DNA of 64,000 nt from positions 67,408 to 131,407 of the forward strand of contig CALSSL010000003.1 in the NCBI GenBank assembly GCA_943789005.1. Direction: 5' to 3'. A model generated the notes under the pieces. That model made no database searches. It was not told the origin of the DNA and worked only from the letters and a program-made list of their open reading frames with translations. Position 1 is the stretch's first letter, and every line of letters begins with the position of its first letter. Shown here in pieces: positions 58,903 to 64,000 of the stretch. The position numbers were made by a program, and so were the translations under genes. The stretch comes from an uncultured SAR86 cluster bacterium. Its GTDB lineage: Bacteria; Pseudomonadota; Gammaproteobacteria; Magnimaribacterales; D2472.

Positions 58903-60096
58903 TGAAATAGCTGGATCAAGTTTGGCAGCTTTTCTTGCTGGCCATATACCAAAGAATAAACCAACCATAGCTGAGAATGTTATTGATCCAATTATGGCAG
59001 TAAATGGCATTGCAAAAGGCCAATCATTAAGGGAGGCAAAAAGATATAAAATACTTGTTCCTAAGAATACTCCAATACAACCACCAATCAGACAAAGTAA
59101 AATTGCCTCAACAATAAATTGCAACATGATAGCTTTATGAGTGGCGCCCAAGGCCTTTCTTAGACCTATTTCTCTTGTTCTTTCAGTTACAGAAACAAGC
59201 ATTATATTCATAACACCAATGCCGCCAACTATTAAGCTAATTCCAGCAATACCTGCTATCAAAGCTGTAAAGATTCCTGTTGCTTGTCTTCTAAGATCAG
59301 AAAACTGACTATAATCAGATATTCTAAAGTCGTTATCCTCTCCAGGACCAATATCATGCTGTGCTCTAAGTATTCTTTCAATTGTCATCATAACCTCATC
59401 AACATTAGTATCTTTAGAAATACCAACACTTAATGAATCTAAATTTTCTGTTCCAAAAAGTCTTTGAGCTCCAGTTAATAATGGAATATACAATTCTTCA
59501 TCAGGATTTTGCCAACCGGTACTACCTTCCTCTTTAAGAACTCCAATAACTTTATATGAGGTTCCAGCTATAAGTATTTCTTTATTTAGGATTGCTTGAG
59601 CAGAAGTTTTTAATTCTTTTGGAACAGCAGAACCTAGAACAATAACTCTTTTTCTGCCTAGGTTTTCTTCTTCGGAAAAAATCCTTCCATACTCGATATC
59701 AAAACCACTTACCTTAAAATGAATAGGTAAATTAGCCCTTATTCTTTCGTTTATATTTGCATTGTTATATTTTACTTGTCTATTTCTTGTTATGTATGGA
59801 GATACCATCCATTCATGATCATTATTTTTTGCTAAAGCATATGCATCTTTTATATCTAGGGGAATCAATCCTTTAGTAACGGCCCCTCTTCTATTTTGAC
59901 CTGGACTGACATATAGAGTTCTTGGTCCAAAATCATCGATTTCTGCCTCTAGTGCTTTATTGGCACTTGAGCCAATCCCTATAACAGCTATTACAGCTGC
60001 AGTTCCAATAATAATTGCTAGAGTGGTGAGAAATGATCTGACTAAATTAGATCTAATTGACGAAATTGCTGAGATTAAAGATTCTTGAAAAAGCAT
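58888..60096 (-). CDS. MacB-type ABC transporter permease (FtsX fold)
   Basis: 402 aa with 4 TM, a large periplasmic domain, and VTERTREIGLRKALGA. Confidence 0.88.
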   Translation of the reverse strand: MLFQESLISAISSIRSNLVRSFLTTLAIIIGTAAVIAVIGIGSSANKALEAEIDDFGPRTLYVSPGQNRRGAVTKGLIPLDIKDAYALAKNNDHEWMVSPYITRNRQVKYNNANINERIRANLPIHFKVSGFDIEYGRIFSEEENLGRKRVIVLGSAVPKELKTSAQAILNKEILIAGTSYKVIGVLKEEGSTGWQNPDEELYIPLLTGAQRLFGTENLDSLSVGISKDTNVDEVMMTIERILRAQHDIGPGEDNDFRISDYSQFSDLRRQATGIFTALIAGIAGISLIVGGIGVMNIMLVSVTERTREIGLRKALGATHKAIMLQFIVEAILLCLIGGCIGVFLGTSILYLFASLNDWPFAMPFTAIIGSITFSAMVGLFFGIWPARKAAKLDPAISLRYE

Positions 60097-61304
60097 TATC
60101 CGAAACTAAATGAGGCTGAAACTCTTTCTTTAAATCTTTTTTGATAATCAAATAAACTTTTGCTTGGCAGAATAAATACGGTATCTTCTGATTTAAGGCC
60201 AGTTAAGACCTCTACGTATGTTAAGTCAGATTCTCCAATTTTAACCCAAGCAAGTTGTGGTCCGCTTTTTGAATCTTTAATAACTATAAACTTATTAAAA
60301 TTTTCACCATCCACTTTCTCAGATAGGAAAGTATTAACTGTTTCTTCTGATATATTTAAAATCGAAGCTGCGCTGTAAATATCTTTTCTTGTTCTTAAAG
60401 ACATTGTTGGCGTGCTTAGAGAGACACTTTTATTAAGAACCTCTATGACAACATCAGTATTCATACCTAAAAGTAATAGATTCTCATTATTATCTATATC
60501 TATTAATACAGGGAAAGTAGTAACATTTTGTTCAATTTTTGCTAATGGCTCAATTTTTGAAACCGTACCAAAAAACTCCTTATCTCTATAAGCAGCAACT
60601 TTTATAGATACTGTTTGTCCTATGGACACTTTGCCAACATCAATCTCATCAACTAAAGCTCTAACTCTGACTTTTGCAAGATCTGCCATGGTCATTAATA
60701 CAGTACCCCCACCTACAGCAGACGTTGGTGATGAAATTACTTGCCCAACCTCGACAGGTCTTGAAATAACAGTACCCTGAACAGGAGATCTAACTATAGT
60801 GTCATCTAATGCAATTTTTGCATTTTCATATGATACCTCTGTTCTTACTACACTAGATTTAGCTTGAGCATAACTTTCTTGAATATCTTCATAGTCCTTA
60901 TCTGAAATACTCCCATTTTCATGCAGCTCTTTGCCCCTGTCATATTGAGATTTTGCATTTTCAAGTCTGACTCTCGAAGCCTCAAGATCAGACCTAGCTT
61001 GATCTAAAGTATTTTTTGGGGTTCTTTGATCAATTTGTCCTAAGATTGATCCTTTTTTAACTAGGTCACCAACCTCGGCTCCAAGAAATAATATTTCACC
61101 AGAAGCTTTTGATTTAATTTCAACAGAAGAAATAGCTTCAATTATTCCTGAAGCCTCTATAGATAATTCTAGTTTTTTTTGGTTGACAGTTTCTTTTTTA
61201 TAAAAAGTTGTTTCTTTATTAGCATCCTCATTTGAGCCACAAGACGATAAGAATAAAGCTAGACAGGTGATAGTTAAAAATTTTTTATTCATAATAGTTT
61301 TCAT
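60096..61304 (-). CDS. Periplasmic adaptor (HlyD/MacA family) lipoprotein
   Basis: 402 aa with lipobox LSSC, a coiled-coil hairpin and barrel domains. Confidence 0.85.
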   Translation of the reverse strand: MKTIMNKKFLTITCLALFLSSCGSNEDANKETTFYKKETVNQKKLELSIEASGIIEAISSVEIKSKASGEILFLGAEVGDLVKKGSILGQIDQRTPKNTLDQARSDLEASRVRLENAKSQYDRGKELHENGSISDKDYEDIQESYAQAKSSVVRTEVSYENAKIALDDTIVRSPVQGTVISRPVEVGQVISSPTSAVGGGTVLMTMADLAKVRVRALVDEIDVGKVSIGQTVSIKVAAYRDKEFFGTVSKIEPLAKIEQNVTTFPVLIDIDNNENLLLLGMNTDVVIEVLNKSVSLSTPTMSLRTRKDIYSAASILNISEETVNTFLSEKVDGENFNKFIVIKDSKSGPQLAWVKIGESDLTYVEVLTGLKSEDTVFILPSKSLFDYQKRFKERVSASFSFG

Positions 61305-61306
61305 AT

Positions 61307-61984
61307 TTATATTCTAACATCCGATTCAATAAGCCCGTCTTTAATATTTATTATGCGATTAGTCTGCTTGGCTATCTCTTCTTCGTGAGTTATTAGTATT
61401 ATAGTCTGGCCTTGGTTATTAAGCTCTTTAAATAATTTCATTACATCATCTCCTGTTTGAGAGTCTAGATTTCCAGTAGGCTCATCTGCAAAGACTATGC
61501 TAGGATTATTTACAAGGGCTCTTGCTATTGCAACTCTTTGTTGTTGACCACCAGACAGTTCTGATGGAGCGTGATTAATCCTATCACTTAGACCAACCTT
61601 GTCTAAAACATTTCTTGCAAGTCTATTAGCCTCATCTTGTTTAATGCCAGCATATTTAAGCGGCAAAATTACATTATTTAATGCAGAATTTTTTGCCAAT
61701 AGATGAAACGATTGGAATACAAACCCGATCTCTCTATTTCTAATTAATGCTAAATTATCTTCATCAAGATCATTTACTAGTTTATTGTTTAAAAAATAGC
61801 TTCCACTGGTCGGAGTATCTAAACAACCAATGATATTCATCAAAGTAGTTTTTCCTGAACCTGATGGCCCCATAATCGATAAAAATTCACCCTTTTCAAC
61901 TGACAAATTAATACCTTTTAAAGCCTCAACTTTTTCAGAGCCAACTTGGAATGACCTTTTTAGACTTTCTGTTTTTATAATCAT
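61307..61984 (-). CDS. ABC transporter ATP-binding protein (MacB/LolD-type)
   Basis: 225 aa with [24 protein letters not shown] and FADEPTGNLD. Confidence 0.92.
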   Translation of the reverse strand: MIIKTESLKRSFQVGSEKVEALKGINLSVEKGEFLSIMGPSGSGKTTLMNIIGCLDTPTSGSYFLNNKLVNDLDEDNLALIRNREIGFVFQSFHLLAKNSALNNVILPLKYAGIKQDEANRLARNVLDKVGLSDRINHAPSELSGGQQQRVAIARALVNNPSIVFADEPTGNLDSQTGDDVMKLFKELNNQGQTIILITHEEEIAKQTNRIINIKDGLIESDVRI

Positions 61985-62021
61985 AATTTTTAGACAATAA
62001 GTAACATCGAAAAGTTCGAAA

Positions 62022-63242
62022 TTATCCTTCTACTGCACGTCTGAGGTTTTCTGTTGAATCCATATAATTTATCCATGGCTCAACCTCGTCCTCTTTACCA
62101 AAATTGAATGCTTTAGCCAGCTCAACTCTAGCATTATCAAAATCATCTAGCTCTATGTAACATATGCCTATTAACATCTCTAGCGTTCCAGGTTTAGAAC
62201 TCCAGCCTTTATTTCTAGCAATATTTAAAAACTTAATTGAGTTGTCCCAATCAGAATTTTGAAGATAAATTTGTCCTATTCTATAGTCATATTTAGAATC
62301 GTCAGAAAGCTGTGTCACTTTGATAAGCGCCCTAATTGCATTATCAAAATCTTTTGCAATGATATAAGCGTTGCTTAATAGTTCATTATTTTTTATGTTA
62401 TTTTTAAGAACGCCAAGTTTCAAACCTTTTTCAATTACTTTTGCAGAATCAATAGGTAATTTCTTATATAAATAAAAGTTTGCAAGATTTACATATTCAG
62501 ATGGTTTTTTTAATAAATCTTGCTGAAGTTTAAATTCAAGAGAAGCTAATGACTCCTCTTCAAATTTAATTATATTATAGACGCCAGCCATTTGTTCAAT
62601 ATACGACTTATTTTTAGGTTTCACTCTTACCAAGTCTTGTGCAACTTCTAAAGCAAGCATGTATTGCTTCTTTTCTGTATGGATTGCAAATTTTAATTGG
62701 GCCCAATTCTCAACAAAAATTGAGGAATTGTCTAATGCTAAAGTTATGTACTTTAATGCATCATCCCACTCTTGATCTTGAGCATATATAGTCGCAAGTG
62801 TGGCGTAACCCTCAGGCCTTAAATCAAACTCATTCTCTGTACCAATCCTGACCCATTCCAGAAAAGCTTCTTTAGCTGCATCTCTTTGACCCTCAACATA
62901 AAAAACTTGACCCAAAGTAAACTTAAGCATGAAAACATCATATGGAGGCATACGTTTTTTCATATCAGCTTTCTTCAGATAAGCTAAGGCTTCAGTATTT
63001 CTATCTTGAGACAGAAGAAAATATGCATATGTTCTTAATACAACAAAATGGTCATACGAATTACTGGAATATGACCTATCAGCATAATCTTTGTAAGTTT
63101 TTTCAGCTTGCTCAGTATTTCCATTATCAATATTCATTTGAGCTCTTTCAAGCATATTGTATACCCACTGCTGAATAGCCTCTTGTGAAGCTATTTGCGT
63201 GCTCATAATAAAAACAAATACTAATAATAAATTTTTCATCAT
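62022..63242 (-). CDS. Secreted TPR-repeat protein (TtpD-like position after tonB)
   Basis: 406 aa with a signal peptide and multiple TPR-like repeats. Its start overlaps the tonB stop. Confidence 0.65.
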   Translation of the reverse strand: MMKNLLLVFVFIMSTQIASQEAIQQWVYNMLERAQMNIDNGNTEQAEKTYKDYADRSYSSNSYDHFVVLRTYAYFLLSQDRNTEALAYLKKADMKKRMPPYDVFMLKFTLGQVFYVEGQRDAAKEAFLEWVRIGTENEFDLRPEGYATLATIYAQDQEWDDALKYITLALDNSSIFVENWAQLKFAIHTEKKQYMLALEVAQDLVRVKPKNKSYIEQMAGVYNIIKFEEESLASLEFKLQQDLLKKPSEYVNLANFYLYKKLPIDSAKVIEKGLKLGVLKNNIKNNELLSNAYIIAKDFDNAIRALIKVTQLSDDSKYDYRIGQIYLQNSDWDNSIKFLNIARNKGWSSKPGTLEMLIGICYIELDDFDNARVELAKAFNFGKEDEVEPWINYMDSTENLRRAVEG

Positions 63243-63880
63243 AAATTGAACTCTATCGTTGTTGAGCCTACTTGCTGAACAGGAACACCGTTAACAACAC
63301 GTGGTTTAAATTTCCATCTCAGAACAGCAGCTAGTGCAGCTCTATCAAATATCCTGGGTGGTCTTGAGTCACTAATAACAGCATCGATTACCTTACCCTC
63401 TTCATCTACTGTTAATTTTATTGTTACAAAGCCTGTTTTACCAGACATTAATGCTTCTCTTGGATATCTTGGTGCAATTCTAACAAGAGGAATAAGTGCA
63501 CTATTGGAGGCAACTGAATTTGATCCTTGTAGCATAGCACCCTTTAAATCAACAGGAGTTTTGATATCAGGAAATTTGATATCCAAATTTGGAGTTACTG
63601 GCTCAACCACGTCAGGTGTTTCTAGTTTAGGTGGTGGTGGTTTCTTGGGTGGAGGCGGTTTATCAGGCAAGGCCCTTTGTCTCTCATTAAGAAAATCATT
63701 TTTCTTTAGTCTTACAAAATCTACCATACTTGATTCTTTAATCGAATCAAAACCTTTTCCGCTTGGCAATATAATTATATAAATTACTAAAAAAATAAAA
63801 AAAGTGGTGAGGATTCCTCCCGCAATTGAGAAAGAATTCTTATTTTTAAAATCAATCTTTTTGAGCAGCGATTGAAACAT
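63239..63880 (-). CDS. tonB: TonB energy transducer
   Basis: N-terminal TM, Pro-rich PDKPPPPKKPPPPK, and C-terminal YPREALMSGKTGFVTIKLTVDEEGKV. I chose ATG 63880; the tracked TTG 63922 lies inside conserved exbD coding. Confidence 0.88.
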   Translation of the reverse strand: MFQSLLKKIDFKNKNSFSIAGGILTTFFIFLVIYIIILPSGKGFDSIKESSMVDFVRLKKNDFLNERQRALPDKPPPPKKPPPPKLETPDVVEPVTPNLDIKFPDIKTPVDLKGAMLQGSNSVASNSALIPLVRIAPRYPREALMSGKTGFVTIKLTVDEEGKVIDAVISDSRPPRIFDRAALAAVLRWKFKPRVVNGVPVQQVGSTTIEFNL

Positions 63881-64000
63881 TCTGAACTCCTGCAAGCCTA
63901 ACCTGATCCATGGTTTCAACAAGAAAGCCTGTTTTTGAAGACTTATCAGCTTGAATAATTACAGAACCTTCTGGATTTTCAGCTTTTAATCTTTCAACAT
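63852..64000 (-). CDS. exbD: ExbD/TolR family protein (C-terminal part, runs off the right edge)
   Basis: Hand translation gives VERLKAENPEGSVIIQADKSSKTGFLVETMDQVRLAGVQNVSIAAQKD*. Confidence 0.7.
   Translation of the reverse strand, partial: VERLKAENPEGSVIIQADKSSKTGFLVETMDQVRLAGVQNVSIAAQKD

Noticed and set aside
1-64000. CRISPR arrays, rRNA genes, IS elements/transposases, intact prophage
   Set aside because: I found no regularly spaced direct repeats, no rRNA-like segments, no transposase-like ORFs and no terminal inverted repeats. The only mobile-element traces are the relics at 43365..44703.

Overview
AT-rich (about 30% GC by eye), very compact chromosomal segment from a gammaproteobacterium. 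The E. coli-like local synteny supports this: rluC<>rne, rpmF-fabD-fabG-acpP...mltG-tmk-holB, mrp<>metG, rnt/grxD, yadG-yadH-like. NhaB, a TonB2-type exbD-tonB-TPR set, a high-affinity pst operon and DUF3604 proteins suggest a streamlined marine lineage, possibly SAR86-like; that is inference only. I call about 70 protein genes, mostly housekeeping: fatty-acid, pantothenate/CoA, phosphate uptake, tRNA/rRNA modification and RNA decay. There are three intact tRNAs: two near-identical tRNA-Arg with ACG and UCG anticodons, and one tRNA-Ser(GGA). I saw no rRNA, CRISPR array or IS/transposase. Six convergent gene pairs overlap at their 3' ends. The only clearly accessory stretch is about 41.8-44.7 kb. 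It contains a near-consensus LexA box inside a strong promoter that drives an unannotated short transcript or micro-ORF. It also has two back-to-back terminators abutting the EamA start codon, a wHTH plus membrane-protein pair, and a decayed 1.3-kb integrative element at tRNA-Ser. That element is bounded by a 39-nt duplication of the tRNA 5' half (unusual polarity). It carries an integrase C-terminal remnant fused to a tRNA-Phe 3' fragment, repeated 10-12-mers at both ends, and a GC-richer, very acidic 162-aa ORF. Other candidates for uncharacterised systems are a tandem DUF3604 - parvulin-like - extended HupE/UreJ cluster and a MoxR AAA+ - CoxE-like VWA - permease trio. At least eight genes, including holB and pdxJ, need frame changes to be read. 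From sequence alone I cannot tell real decay from assembly indels.
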